Source of the DNA: Histomonas meleagridis 2922-C6/04-290x
Taxonomy: Eukaryota; Protista; Parabasalia
Direction: 5' to 3'
DNA: 64,000 nt
Assembly: GCA_020184695.1 (NCBI GenBank)
Contig: JAANOX010000047.1
Span: forward strand, 248,001-312,000
Every line of letters begins with the position of its first letter. Position 1 is the stretch's first letter. A program made the position numbers and the translations under genes. Below are positions 10,263 to 20,862 of this stretch, one piece after another. Below the pieces are notes generated by a model, which searched no databases, was not told where the DNA came from, and saw nothing but the letters and a program-made list of their open reading frames with translations.

Positions 10263-12398
10263 ATGTCTTCAGCAGATAAACTTCTTCGACAACATTATGG
10301 ATTAGATCAGCCAAACAAAGAACAAGAAGCTAAAGACATTGATTCTCCAAATTTTGATGCTAAAGCTTTTTTTGAAGACAAGGTTAAAAATGATACATTA
10401 ACTCAGTTATTAGCCAGAGAAAATTCTCTTGTTACTGACATCAGAGCATTTGATAATGATTTACAGACACTTGTTTATGACAATTATTCCAAATTTTTAG
10501 GTGCCTCAGATACAGTACATTCTTTAAGTGGTCATATTGTTACATTAACAGAACAAATGGATCGACTCAAATCAAGTCTTACAGGAGTAGCTCAACATAA
10601 TGATCAAATTAGTGCAGATTTAGAATCTAATCGACAAAAAATCCAAAGATTAGTAGGTATTTCACGTCTTCTTGAACGAGTTGAATTTATATCCAAGCTG
10701 CCTGCACGACTTCGTAGCTATCTTAAAAATGATCAATATTCCGATGCAGTTAATATATGGTGTAAAGTTGAGCGTATATTATCTACACAACAACACTTTC
10801 CTTCATTCCAACGGATCCACGAAGAGTGTATCAGTATAATGGACGAAGTTAAAGCACGAGTTCGAGGGCAAATGTTAAATACAGATGTATCAGTAACCGA
10901 TTCTATTACATATGCAATATTACTTGTAAAGCTTGGGACGCCGCTAAGTATAGTTTGTAGTCAACTCGCTCATCATCGATTTTTAATTATTGATAATACA
11001 TTAGAATATGAAACGATTCCTGAAGAACCATTTTCTGCCCTATCCACCCTTAAGAGCATTGTAATTGATGATGCTTCACAATTTGTGCAACAGTACAACG
11101 ACCGTTTAATGCCATTATCGTCGAACTTTGATGGGCCTGCGAAGTTAAAAGGCATTTTAAGTGATTTTATGAACAATTCTTTTGAGCGAATCATCCAGCT
11201 AACTCCATGCGAAAGTTTATTTACTTTAGATTGCAAGAAAATTGCGTCTTACATATCATTGTTTATTGATTTAATGAAAACTATTTCTAATGAACAACAA
11301 ATCTCAAAATACTTACATAAGCTATTACAGAAATATACGGAAGCACGGACAATGAATGTCTTTAATGAATTACTAAAAATAATTAATGTCAATAACGGCA
11401 AAGAATTATATACCAATTTAACAACATACTTTTCGACTTCGACACATCAATTAATTAATGAACATCAAATATTGGCAATGATGGAACATCAAGAATCATT
11501 ACATTTCCTAGTACAACAATTTTCATTAATGATTGAAAAACTATTCGATGAATTTAAAAAAGCAGATCCATCCAAACTTTTAATCCTTGCAATGATATCA
11601 TTTTCCTTCATCGAGAAAGAAATTCCTGAAATTTTTGAGCAGTTGTCAACAATAGAAACCGAATCGCCTTTGCGTAGTTTACAAGAGCGGTTAATCATCG
11701 ACTGTAAGAATATTGCCAATGTCTGTTTGCATAAATACGTTAACAACTGTCGTAAAGAAACCGACAAAATAATAATAAACGGTTTCTATGGCATCAAATG
11801 GAATTATATCGATGAAAAACCGACAAAGGAATCAACATTTATAAAAGAATTCATTAACAAAATTAATGACCTTACAAAGGAAATTAATGACTTGTTTGAT
11901 TTAACTAAAAATAACAATTCTAATGATATTAATAACATTGACGTTAACTTAAGGAAATCAAATGCAATACTAAAATCTTCATCATTTTACTCTAACGTAA
12001 CTACTCCAACGTTCTTCGGTATAAGAGAAGAAGGTATACATCAGATAGATAGATTGTTTACATCTGTAAATCGATTGAAACTTTCACGGGAACTTCAATT
12101 CGATGTACAGCAAATCGTGGAGGCGATAGTTATGTATTCCATGAAGACATTTATGGAGTTAATTCGACTGATGTGTTTCACATCTGATGGCTTCAACCAA
12201 ATTCAAGTCGACGGATATTACATTTATTACGCATTTAACGACGTGATATCACAACAGGAATTGTTCGCGGCGCTGATCGAGGAAATCGTTTCGTCGGCAG
12301 CGGACAGAACAGTGGAGCCGAGTCCGCTGGATGTCGGAATGATAAAAGTAATGCACTTGAAGAGCCAGCATAACGACAGCATACTAAATGATAAATGA
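10263..12398 (+). CDS. VPS51: GARP/EARP complex subunit Vps51
   Basis: LLRQHYGL...DIDSPNFD...IRAFDNDLQTLVYDNYSKFLGASDTV is the Vps51 N-terminal signature. The ATG at 10263 follows Inr TCATA; the track start at 10191 overlaps the upstream gene. Confidence 0.88.
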   Translation: MSSADKLLRQHYGLDQPNKEQEAKDIDSPNFDAKAFFEDKVKNDTLTQLLARENSLVTDIRAFDNDLQTLVYDNYSKFLGASDTVHSLSGHIVTLTEQMDRLKSSLTGVAQHNDQISADLESNRQKIQRLVGISRLLERVEFISKLPARLRSYLKNDQYSDAVNIWCKVERILSTQQHFPSFQRIHEECISIMDEVKARVRGQMLNTDVSVTDSITYAILLVKLGTPLSIVCSQLAHHRFLIIDNTLEYETIPEEPFSALSTLKSIVIDDASQFVQQYNDRLMPLSSNFDGPAKLKGILSDFMNNSFERIIQLTPCESLFTLDCKKIASYISLFIDLMKTISNEQQISKYLHKLLQKYTEARTMNVFNELLKIINVNNGKELYTNLTTYFSTSTHQLINEHQILAMMEHQESLHFLVQQFSLMIEKLFDEFKKADPSKLLILAMISFSFIEKEIPEIFEQLSTIETESPLRSLQERLIIDCKNIANVCLHKYVNNCRKETDKIIINGFYGIKWNYIDEKPTKESTFIKEFINKINDLTKEINDLFDLTKNNNSNDINNIDVNLRKSNAILKSSSFYSNVTTPTFFGIREEGIHQIDRLFTSVNRLKLSRELQFDVQQIVEAIVMYSMKTFMELIRLMCFTSDGFNQIQVDGYYIYYAFNDVISQQELFAALIEEIVSSAADRTVEPSPLDVGMIKVMHLKSQHNDSILNDK

Positions 12399-12544
12399 TA
12401 TATTAAATAAATTGATTTTAATATGTAAAATATTATTACATCCGATTTTAGTGTGCGCATAAATGTTATCAACAACAATGTACAGTATTAATTGCTGTTA
12501 TTGTTGTTGTCAAACTTTTTCCTTTGGCATGTTTTTATTAGATA

Positions 12545-12846
12545 ACTGCAGTGAAAAACCTGTATACTGACACCTTATTATAACCCATGTCTACACTGCA
12601 GCAGCATTCATAGACAATGTATTTAATAATTTTTTTTTCGATTTAATTTATTTTTTTTTATTCCTATTTTTCACTCACTAGGGAGAATGTTAACACGAAA
12701 AATTTTTTTTCTTATATAAATACGAGAAATGAATTCATATTTTTGGGAATGAATATATGTTAAAATTTTTATTTGCTAACAAATTATATAAAAATTTATG
12801 ATTTATCTAAAATTTTGTTGTCGGTCTACAGGTTTTTCAAGGCAGT
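12545..12846. mobile_element. Possible degenerate MITE (about 302 bp)
   Basis: Imperfect terminal inverted repeat: ACTGCAGTGAAAAACCTGTA (12545-12564) vs reverse complement of 12827-12846 ACTGCCTTGAAAAACCTGTA (18/20). Non-coding interior; TA on the left only, so no clear TSD. Confidence 0.4.
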
Positions 12847-13023
12847 CGAATTTTATATCTGATTCTTTCCAAATCAAATTAAAATAATTGTTCCTACTGA
12901 ATATAATGTACAATGTTAACTTCATATCCTTTAAAAGATAATATGAGGGTGTTAAATATTAAAGCTCAAAAATAAAATAAAAATATTTCTTAAATATAAA
13001 TGTTTTATTAAAAATCCAATTAG

Positions 13024-14631
13024 CTAGCGATTTGGTGTTTGATTTTCTTTTTTAAGTGGTGAACTATATTCCTTATTTAAAGACATGAAAGAAGACTTTT
13101 TCCGCATTACTTGAGCCTTTTCCTTCATTTTCTTGTTTTGGTTAAGTATTGCAACATTTGTTTCTTTAGCTGATTTTAGCCAATTTAATGTTTGTCTTAG
13201 TTCAGCTTTCATATAATTTTTATGTTTTTCTATTTCTTGATTTTTCTTTAACAAATAATCAATTTCTTCATCATATTCTTCTAATTTTACCAAGCAATCT
13301 TGAATCCAAGCTTGTTGACTTTGTTGTTTTAATGTTGATGATTCGAATCTGTTTAAAAATATACCTTGACAAGTTGCATTCATTCTTTCCATTTGTTTTT
13401 GGAATTCTTCTTCTTTCTTTAATATGAATGCATCCATTTCTTTTTTCAGTTCAGCTTTAATTCTAGTTTCTATTTGTTGTTTAGTCTCTATTTCTTCATT
13501 ACATAATATATCATCACAATCATCTGAATCAAGTATATCACCATCAGGCCTAGATACTTGTCTAATCACACATTGCGAAGCTTCTGCAGCAAATGTAAGT
13601 GAAAATATTGTATCTTCTATTTGTATTAATGCAGGCGAAACATTTATAATCATTACAGCTTTAGATGGTCGATTAATAGGTTCAAAGAAGGTCTTAAATA
13701 AATGTGTTAATTTAGATTCTCGATAAGGAATTTGGTTTTTCTTGTTTTTTGATAAACTTTGTTCTTTTAAGGAACGAATACATTTACCTAATGAAAGCAT
13801 TGATTTATTTATGTTACATGCTTCTTTAAATGAGGTAACTGTTGAATTTATTACTGATAAGCGTTCGGATCCTGCTAAATCTACAATTGAAAGCCATGAA
13901 ATTCGTTTTTTATAAACAAGTTTAAGGCGAAAAATTGAATGTGATCGAGAACTTTTGTTATTTAATTCAGTAAATCCAAAATGTCGAACATTTTCACCTT
14001 TTTGGATAAAGGTTGTAATATCATCCATTGTATTAACAGGAAGTTCTGTAACGCCTTTGATTTCAACATCTGATTGATAATTAATTCCAAGTTTAAGATT
14101 TTGATTGTTTGGATTTAAAAGGTCATTTATTCGTTCATTGTAAACTTCCACAAAGGATGCATAAAGGTTGGCTTTATGCTTACTTTTAGAAGAAATAATT
14201 CGTGGTACTATAAAGTCCATGGAACGTCTAAGAATTCCAGGATTTTCTGTTGTTCCACTTACAGTATATGTTTTACCTGCATTTGTATTACCATAACAAA
14301 AAATAAGAACATCACATCCTCTTAAGAAATCTGTAAGCAAAGGTAATGCAACTATCTCAAAACATTCTTGCTGCGATGTTTGTCCATCCATTATTTCACG
14401 AAATGAAAATGATTTATCTACGCAAAAATAAGAAGAATTTGGAGTTGATGGAGGTCTTATTGTAATTACTTTATCACTAATTGAAAAATTAATTGGCGTT
14501 TCATTTTCTAATAATGGACGCATTCTTAAATAAACTTTAATCCTATCTTCTGCGTTACTTGAATCATCATTTTTTGATGAGAAATCCTGAATATTATCAT
14601 CTTTTATTTCTTTTTCGCCTGAATTTTCCAT
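13024..14631 (-). CDS. Kinesin motor protein, kinesin-6 (KIF20/MKLP)-like
   Basis: P-loop GNTNAGKT, SSRSH, DLAGSER, IPYRESKLTHLFKTFF and a C-terminal coiled coil; likely start MENSG at 14631. Confidence 0.9.
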   Translation of the reverse strand: MENSGEKEIKDDNIQDFSSKNDDSSNAEDRIKVYLRMRPLLENETPINFSISDKVITIRPPSTPNSSYFCVDKSFSFREIMDGQTSQQECFEIVALPLLTDFLRGCDVLIFCYGNTNAGKTYTVSGTTENPGILRRSMDFIVPRIISSKSKHKANLYASFVEVYNERINDLLNPNNQNLKLGINYQSDVEIKGVTELPVNTMDDITTFIQKGENVRHFGFTELNNKSSRSHSIFRLKLVYKKRISWLSIVDLAGSERLSVINSTVTSFKEACNINKSMLSLGKCIRSLKEQSLSKNKKNQIPYRESKLTHLFKTFFEPINRPSKAVMIINVSPALIQIEDTIFSLTFAAEASQCVIRQVSRPDGDILDSDDCDDILCNEEIETKQQIETRIKAELKKEMDAFILKKEEEFQKQMERMNATCQGIFLNRFESSTLKQQSQQAWIQDCLVKLEEYDEEIDYLLKKNQEIEKHKNYMKAELRQTLNWLKSAKETNVAILNQNKKMKEKAQVMRKKSSFMSLNKEYSSPLKKENQTPNR

Positions 14632-14711
14632 TAAAAATTTATTTAAGAAAATATAAACGTACAAAAAATCCAACAAAAAAATTTTTTAACAAAAATCAAT
14701 TTTTTCCTTTC

Positions 14712-17018
14712 TTACACCGATTGTTCATTTATGTATTGATACACAGACCTACATAAATAATAAGCTCTATGTAATTCAATTAATGATGATTCTGGAAAAT
14801 AATAATTTCTCAGATTTTTTTGGTTTACAATAATCATTATCAACCAAAAATGTAGTTTCTTACCTTTTAAACCTTCAGCAATCCATGTTTCCAACTTTTT
14901 ATTTTGTGTGGCGTATCGGTTAACCGATAGTATTGAATTTTTAAACGGTTCCCACAATGGTGAGTTATAATGGTTCGCACATATCTCCATAAGGACATTC
15001 CAGGGTTCAGCATTAGTTTGAAACAATGATACCTTTTTCAAGAAGACATCAAATTGTCGCTCAATTACTTTTACAGGATCGTAATTAGAAATAAATAATA
15101 AATCTACTTCTTTGTAAGCAAATGCAGGAGTGTTAATAAATCGTTCAACTTCATCTTGTGCTACTGCGATATTAGCGTTTGTTGCTATTTTGAAAGTATG
15201 AACTGATAATATTGGTCTTAATAAATCTAATGTTTTTAAAATCGTATCATATGAACGTATCAATGAACTAGAATAATAGTATTTGCATAGCCATTCTTGG
15301 TTAAGTAGTAATTCCTTTAAAAATGGAATTAAAAGATTTTTGCTAATTAACATACAAGCCGCTATAGATCCTTGTGATCCAACATATACTTCTTGTGCCA
15401 TTAGTTGACACATTTGTTTATATTCGGCATATTTAATATGTAATTCTTTAAATGCTGGAACTAAAGATTTGGCCGATACAGATAAACCATTCATTAGCAA
15501 AATCAAAACTAAAATACATAAACGGTCGCCTAGGGGGTCCCCGTTTTGATGGTACACGGTCATGCTGTGGTGTATTCTATCTGTTAAATGAGTAAGTTCT
15601 TCAAGGAATGGATGTGTTGCAGGACCATCACAAAATTGGCTCAGGTCAAAATCAGGGAAGAAACTAAAGTCCAACAATTTTGAAAAATCGATTTTTGAAT
15701 TTGCCAAACGATGATCCACAACATTTGCAGCAATTTCAGGAGTACTCAATTGTTCAATAGGGTTATTATAGAGTTTATCGGTCGATAACTCTTCCGGAGT
15801 AAAAAGTGATAAGCAATGTTGTAATTTGTTTGTATGATTCTTATCATAAGTAAAATCAGATGTAACCTTAAGAAGCTCCTTAACAGAATCAAAAGATGGA
15901 GGGACATATTCAAGTCTATGATGCATATGCGATCTCTCATTATTCAGTTCCGATAATCTCTCCCTCAAATTATCTTCAGTATTTTCTTCGTTTTCTTTCC
16001 ATTCTTCGTTAGGTTCCACTGGCGCATCCGAAAGCTCTGGAATCGTCAAAGATACTGACGAATCGTCATTGCTTTCGATAACTTCGTGCGAAATGTCTTC
16101 GACTGATATCATAATCGGCGTTTCTTCTTCTGTTTGGTTGTCTTCGACAATGGATACGTCATCTTCGATGATTTGTTGTTCATGAATTGAAGCTACTTCG
16201 ATGTTATTTGTGGTTTCGTTCGTGTTATCTGTCGATGGCTTTGGAGAAGTTGGTGATGATAATGACTTTTTGGGTGATTGTGATGTTTGAGGGAAATTGG
16301 CACACGCAAAGAGGTTAAGGACCCATTTGACCATTACGTTTTCGTTTTCACACTTAAAGTAAACAATTTTTGGAGGAACATTAAATTTGCTGGAATTAGC
16401 TTGAACTGAAAAACAACATGAGAGTGGATAAGAGAGACATCTAGTCGGTACTGTGCATGTTGAGATTGTAACTATTGGCGATAACATGGTATCAAAGCCA
16501 ACATTTGCTGTATCAAGTCGAAGTGTTTGAAAACGCATCCCACTGACATTATTGATATTGAGCATGACATTGACAAGCTTGTTGCATCCTTCAAACAAAG
16601 CTGCGATTTTGTCTTTGTCAGATACTAATGCTTCATATTGATAATTACGTAAAACAAATAAAGATATGTCACCTAATGATTCACCCCAATAGCAAAAAAA
16701 CTTGTGAGCTAAATGTAAATCATTAAATAGAAAATCAACATATTTTAAATTGTGAACTGACTGAATTTGGAAGACAAATTTCTCACCACGTGGTTCTGGA
16801 TCATACGGAGTATAGTTTGGAACAAATAGTGTAAATAGATATCCTCTTGTGCGAGGTTGAGAAAAAAAAACAAATGGTCCGATAATGTCAATATCAAACT
16901 TAACATAACCATTAGTAACACCATCAAATTTAGTTTCGATTTGTTTTAAGTGGAATTCTGTCGCTAAAGATTTAAATGGGTCGGGCAGGGTGATGTCTAC
17001 TCCATTGATTGTTTTCAT
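14712..17018 (-). CDS. Hypothetical protein with C-terminal RUN-like domain(s)
   Basis: 768 aa; KLETWIAEGLKGKKLHFWL...LRNYYFPESSL and LLLNQEWLCKYYYSSSLI resemble RUN domain blocks. Confidence 0.6.
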   Translation of the reverse strand: MKTINGVDITLPDPFKSLATEFHLKQIETKFDGVTNGYVKFDIDIIGPFVFFSQPRTRGYLFTLFVPNYTPYDPEPRGEKFVFQIQSVHNLKYVDFLFNDLHLAHKFFCYWGESLGDISLFVLRNYQYEALVSDKDKIAALFEGCNKLVNVMLNINNVSGMRFQTLRLDTANVGFDTMLSPIVTISTCTVPTRCLSYPLSCCFSVQANSSKFNVPPKIVYFKCENENVMVKWVLNLFACANFPQTSQSPKKSLSSPTSPKPSTDNTNETTNNIEVASIHEQQIIEDDVSIVEDNQTEEETPIMISVEDISHEVIESNDDSSVSLTIPELSDAPVEPNEEWKENEENTEDNLRERLSELNNERSHMHHRLEYVPPSFDSVKELLKVTSDFTYDKNHTNKLQHCLSLFTPEELSTDKLYNNPIEQLSTPEIAANVVDHRLANSKIDFSKLLDFSFFPDFDLSQFCDGPATHPFLEELTHLTDRIHHSMTVYHQNGDPLGDRLCILVLILLMNGLSVSAKSLVPAFKELHIKYAEYKQMCQLMAQEVYVGSQGSIAACMLISKNLLIPFLKELLLNQEWLCKYYYSSSLIRSYDTILKTLDLLRPILSVHTFKIATNANIAVAQDEVERFINTPAFAYKEVDLLFISNYDPVKVIERQFDVFLKKVSLFQTNAEPWNVLMEICANHYNSPLWEPFKNSILSVNRYATQNKKLETWIAEGLKGKKLHFWLIMIIVNQKNLRNYYFPESSLIELHRAYYLCRSVYQYINEQSV

Positions 17019-17500
17019 TCAAAGCTCATTAATGTCTGAAAAAAATTCATTCAATTTTGTTTGGCGATTTTTTGTCCGAATAACAATATAAAAAGTGCCA
17101 ACCAGTTACCGATAATTTTTTAATTATTATTCGAACTCAACAACTTGACCAATGCATTTTTTTGCAAACATATCATAAATACTATCAACAAATAAGAAAT
17201 GTGTTTTTTATTATTATTATATAAAAAATAATGATTTTCTTTAAAATAAGCATCGAAATATTTCAATACACTATCGTCGAATTAACGATCAAAATGAAAT
17301 TGAATTTTACTAAAATTAAAATAGAAATTTTTGAAAAACAAAGAAAAATCGTACCTATCTTCAATAAATGGCTACTATACATCAACATGTTAATAACAAT
17401 TTTGATCGTGAAACCTTCTGCTTGAACACGTTCTGCAGAAAAAGACATTAATTAACATAATTTGATCATTTAATTAGTTATCAGATTTAACAAATTTGAT

Positions 17501-18826
17501 TCAGTTTACTTTTTCAGAATAAATATTATGAAGTGCCCATCCGCAAGCGTCATAAGTTTGGTTAACAGTTTGGAAATCGGAAACATTTTCGACGTTTTCT
17601 TCTGCAAATATTTCGGGTGCTGCGTCTTCCATTTGGTAATACTTTGCGATTCCATTTACGAAATTTGTCAACTTCGGCATATGCATGACCATTGTCTTTG
17701 CAGCCCTCATTTGTATTTCGTGTTTTTGTCTGAAGCTTTTCTCGTCATTTTCCGCTCTATTTACCAGCTCTTGGATCTCAGACTTAATGCCTTGGATCGA
17801 CGCCTTTAAGTCTTCGGCTGAAGAGCCATCGCCGGAATAACCATCCGGAAGGTTACGTATGAACTCGCAGCATTTTTCGGCTTCTTCTCTTTCCTTTTCG
17901 AGCTTATTATATGTCTCTTGGAGCCCACTAAGATCTGTAGTAAACCCTTCTGGTGGCTGCGGTATCGCAGCATCTGCAATCGCCTTTTGGATACGCTTTC
18001 GTAACTCTTCTTTGCACTTAAGTCGATACTTATCAAGAGCTTGGAGTCGTATTTCTTCGGGATCGGGACCAATAGGACGCAATGGAGCGGCGCCACGAGG
18101 TGGACCAACACGCGGTGGCATTTGTGGTGGAACTTGTGGTCGGGAGAACTGTGGAGGCGGAGGAACTTGTTTTGGTTGGGATGGAGGAATCTGTGGTTGC
18201 ATTTGTGGAGGTTGAGAAAATTGTGGTTGGGGCATGCGAGGTGGCATTTGTGAGGGTGAACCACCACGGAGCTCCTCAACTTGTTCTTGGAAATCTTTGG
18301 TAAGTCTGAAGAGTTGATATGCTAATTGAAATAATGGTTCATGTTTGAGAAAAGAACCTGTAACTTTCTTCATTTTGGCTTTGACAGCAAACATAAGAAA
18401 GCCAAGATCTTTGGAAAGTGCTCGGAATTCATGGATTGTCTCTTTGATTGGTGGTGGTTCTTTGTTATTAGTGAGTGGTGAGAATGAACCTAATTTTCTT
18501 ACTACGCCCATTAACTCAATATTTTTGGTTTTGACAACATCGTTCAGAAGAAGATTAACATTCTTTCCATAGATATCATTGGCAGGATCAACAATACACT
18601 CAGTAATAACACGCATGGTCTTTTTTTCCCTTTCGGCGAAGTCTAGTATTACTTGTCTTTTATCTGGTGCATTGGAAACACTGTCGAAAAATGACTTCCA
18701 TTGATCATACAGTTCTTGGAAATTTTCTTTATCTTCTTTGCTTTTGAAATTATGGTCACTTCCGAATGCATTCTTCATTTGCGTGACAATTTCCTTGATT
18801 GTTTCAGCAGTTCTTTCAGCACTCAT
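17501..18826 (-). CDS. Hypothetical protein with a central Pro/Gln-rich linker and coiled coil
   Basis: 441-aa ORF with a PPQMPPR-type low-complexity segment; overlapping ORFs are shadows. Confidence 0.75.
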   Translation of the reverse strand: MSAERTAETIKEIVTQMKNAFGSDHNFKSKEDKENFQELYDQWKSFFDSVSNAPDKRQVILDFAEREKKTMRVITECIVDPANDIYGKNVNLLLNDVVKTKNIELMGVVRKLGSFSPLTNNKEPPPIKETIHEFRALSKDLGFLMFAVKAKMKKVTGSFLKHEPLFQLAYQLFRLTKDFQEQVEELRGGSPSQMPPRMPQPQFSQPPQMQPQIPPSQPKQVPPPPQFSRPQVPPQMPPRVGPPRGAAPLRPIGPDPEEIRLQALDKYRLKCKEELRKRIQKAIADAAIPQPPEGFTTDLSGLQETYNKLEKEREEAEKCCEFIRNLPDGYSGDGSSAEDLKASIQGIKSEIQELVNRAENDEKSFRQKHEIQMRAAKTMVMHMPKLTNFVNGIAKYYQMEDAAPEIFAEENVENVSDFQTVNQTYDACGWALHNIYSEKVN

Positions 18827-19041
18827 GTGTTATCTGGGGTGGACAATGCCACCCATTCAAAGTACTTGAAAACTTGACTTTTTGAATATTCAAAGAGTAA
18901 CGATAGCCACACCCACCCCAAAAGACGGTATGCATTGAAAATTTTGAGCGAAAATTTGACTTGCAAAATTGAGGGGTTTTTTTTGTGCGATCTCCATTAG
19001 TTGGTTTTTTTAAGTGCTATCATAAGTGCTGTTTCAAATAA

Positions 19042-19109
19042 TTTAAATAAAATCCAAATATTATTTTGAAATATTATATTATTAAAATAAATCTCAAATA
19101 AAACAAATA
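19042..19109 (-). other. Ankyrin hairpin insert (68 nt), putative non-canonical intron
   Basis: Between GAT ATT and TTA TTT GAA ACA GCA CTT; boundaries can slide. Confidence 0.7.
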
Positions 19110-19211
19110 AATATCTTTAGCAGTAATATCAATTCCTTCTTGTTCAAGAAGTAATTTGACTATTTCTATATGACCTTTTTCAAATGCCTACATAAGTGCT
19201 GTTACAAATAA

Positions 19212-19279
19212 TTTAAATAATTTTCAATTATTTTTTATAAATATTAAATTATCAAAATAAATTACAAATAAAACAAACA
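19212..19279 (-). other. Ankyrin hairpin insert (68 nt), putative non-canonical intron
   Basis: Between GGT ATT and TTA TTT GTA ACA GCA CTT. Confidence 0.7.
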
Positions 19280-19602
19280 AATACCTGCAGCATTAACATT
19301 CATTCCTTCTCGTTCAAGAAGTAAACTTGTGGCAACAAAAGATACTAAATTATTAGACCTTCGCTCTTAAGCCCAAGTTAATCCCCAACAGATGTCAAAA
19401 AACAAAAGTTATAAATCAATACATGTGCAGGATACCCCACCTGTCACTTTTCCTTAAGTCCCAAAATTTTGCTTGTGTGTGCTTCGTGACAAGTGAATAA
19501 TCTTATCATTTATATTTAAGTGAGAAAGCTTTTAAGAAACAAGTAAAAATTTTGGAAATATTTTGTTATTAGATTTTATTAGTAACACATTTAAAAAGAT
19601 TA

Positions 19603-20322
19603 TTATGTTGCAAAATCCGGTGTATATAATTGCTCGAGTTTTTTCCTTAAGTTCGTGTTTTCTTCTTTAAGCTCATTCACTTTTTCCCTGTGCTCTCTTT
19701 CTTTTTCTTCCGCTTCAATCATTTCATTTTTCTCAGTTTCTTCGATTTTGTTTTGGAGTTCTTTGATTTTTGTTTCGAAATTTTCTATTTCTTTTTCGAG
19801 TTGTTCATTACTTTTTTTTAATTCATTTTTGTATTGTTCTCTATGAATTGCTTTTCTTATCCCATGTGACACTGAGGATTCATACATTCTTTCGTATGAT
19901 TGGATTGTTTTATTAAATTCATCACGAATATCTAATAATAATTCACCACGTTCTGGCATTTCAATGGAAACTTGTCGAATTATCTCGTTCATACAATCCT
20001 CATAAATTTGTGACCTAACTGGACAAATTCCTTTGTTCTGAGCTCTTTTGGTAACGAGGAGATTATCAAGATCTTCTTCAAGTTTTAAAACGTCATTTCT
20101 GGATGAAGGAATTGTACTTACATGTTGTGCAAATTTTTGTGATCCCTTTATAAATGTTTTTGGTGTGAAAAAATTATCAAGAAAATTAGTATTAATATTA
20201 ATTTCTTTTATATCTCCTGTCGGAGGAATCCTTTTTGTAGAATTCAGGTTCTCAACCAAAACAGGTGAGTCATATTTAAGCAAAGAATCTATTTGTTCAT
20301 TTAAAAGTTGAGTTTGTTCCAT
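19603..20322 (-). CDS. DNALI1: Axonemal inner-arm dynein light chain p28
   Basis: PSSRNDVLKLEEDLD...GICPVRSQIYEDCMNEIIRQVSIEMPERGELLLDIRDE...YESSVSHGIRKA; likely start MEQTQ at 20322. Confidence 0.88.
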   Translation of the reverse strand: MEQTQLLNEQIDSLLKYDSPVLVENLNSTKRIPPTGDIKEININTNFLDNFFTPKTFIKGSQKFAQHVSTIPSSRNDVLKLEEDLDNLLVTKRAQNKGICPVRSQIYEDCMNEIIRQVSIEMPERGELLLDIRDEFNKTIQSYERMYESSVSHGIRKAIHREQYKNELKKSNEQLEKEIENFETKIKELQNKIEETEKNEMIEAEEKEREHREKVNELKEENTNLRKKLEQLYTPDFAT

Positions 20323-20424
20323 GCAAAATGTTCGAAAAAACGTTTTTTCGTACAAAATAAACCATTCAAAACACATAAAACCGTTCGAGAAGAGCACTAA
20401 ATAAAAAACAAATGGCATGAATTT

Positions 20425-20862
20425 TTAGATGAGAACTTCAGCAGTATCATAATAATCATTGTTAGTAGTTCCAATCGTTGGTGGGCTCTTCCTTTGGAAA
20501 AATGGAAGTGATGCTCCAGGTAATACAAAGTTGAGAACAACATAAATCACTGTGAAAATCCAAAGAACAATTGATACAGGCATACAAAATCCAGGCTTCA
20601 TATAGATTAAAGCACCAATTATGAAATACATGATCGCCTTTCCCCAAATCTTGCAGAACAAGCCAAAATAACGGAAAATTGTGAAGACATATAGTTCTGA
20701 AATAAGGAGAAGAAGGGCTATAATGAATACAAATATCGATGGCATAATAATGACAATAAAAGGATATAAACACATCCTGATAATGGATACAATGATACAG
20801 AGTAGTGCCAAAAGAATTGATATTAATTGGGTAATTGTACCTAAAGTTTTCTTAGAAAGCAT
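20425..20862 (-). CDS. COPI-associated / Tvp15-like Golgi membrane protein
   Basis: 3-4 TM segments with LLISE...FRYFGLFCKIWGKAIMYFIIG motif; likely ATG at 20862. Confidence 0.7.
   Translation of the reverse strand: MLSKKTLGTITQLISILLALLCIIVSIIRMCLYPFIVIIMPSIFVFIIALLLLISELYVFTIFRYFGLFCKIWGKAIMYFIIGALIYMKPGFCMPVSIVLWIFTVIYVVLNFVLPGASLPFFQRKSPPTIGTTNNDYYDTAEVLI

Larger units (their letters stand above)
18997..19325 (-). pseudogene. Orphan ankyrin-repeat fragment with two 68-nt inserts
   Basis: Minus strand: LLLEREGMNVNAAGI-[68 nt]-LFVTALM*AFEKGHIEIVKLLLEQEGIDITAKDI-[68 nt]-LFETALMIA; in-frame TAG at 19188-19190; no 5' gene body. Confidence 0.85.
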
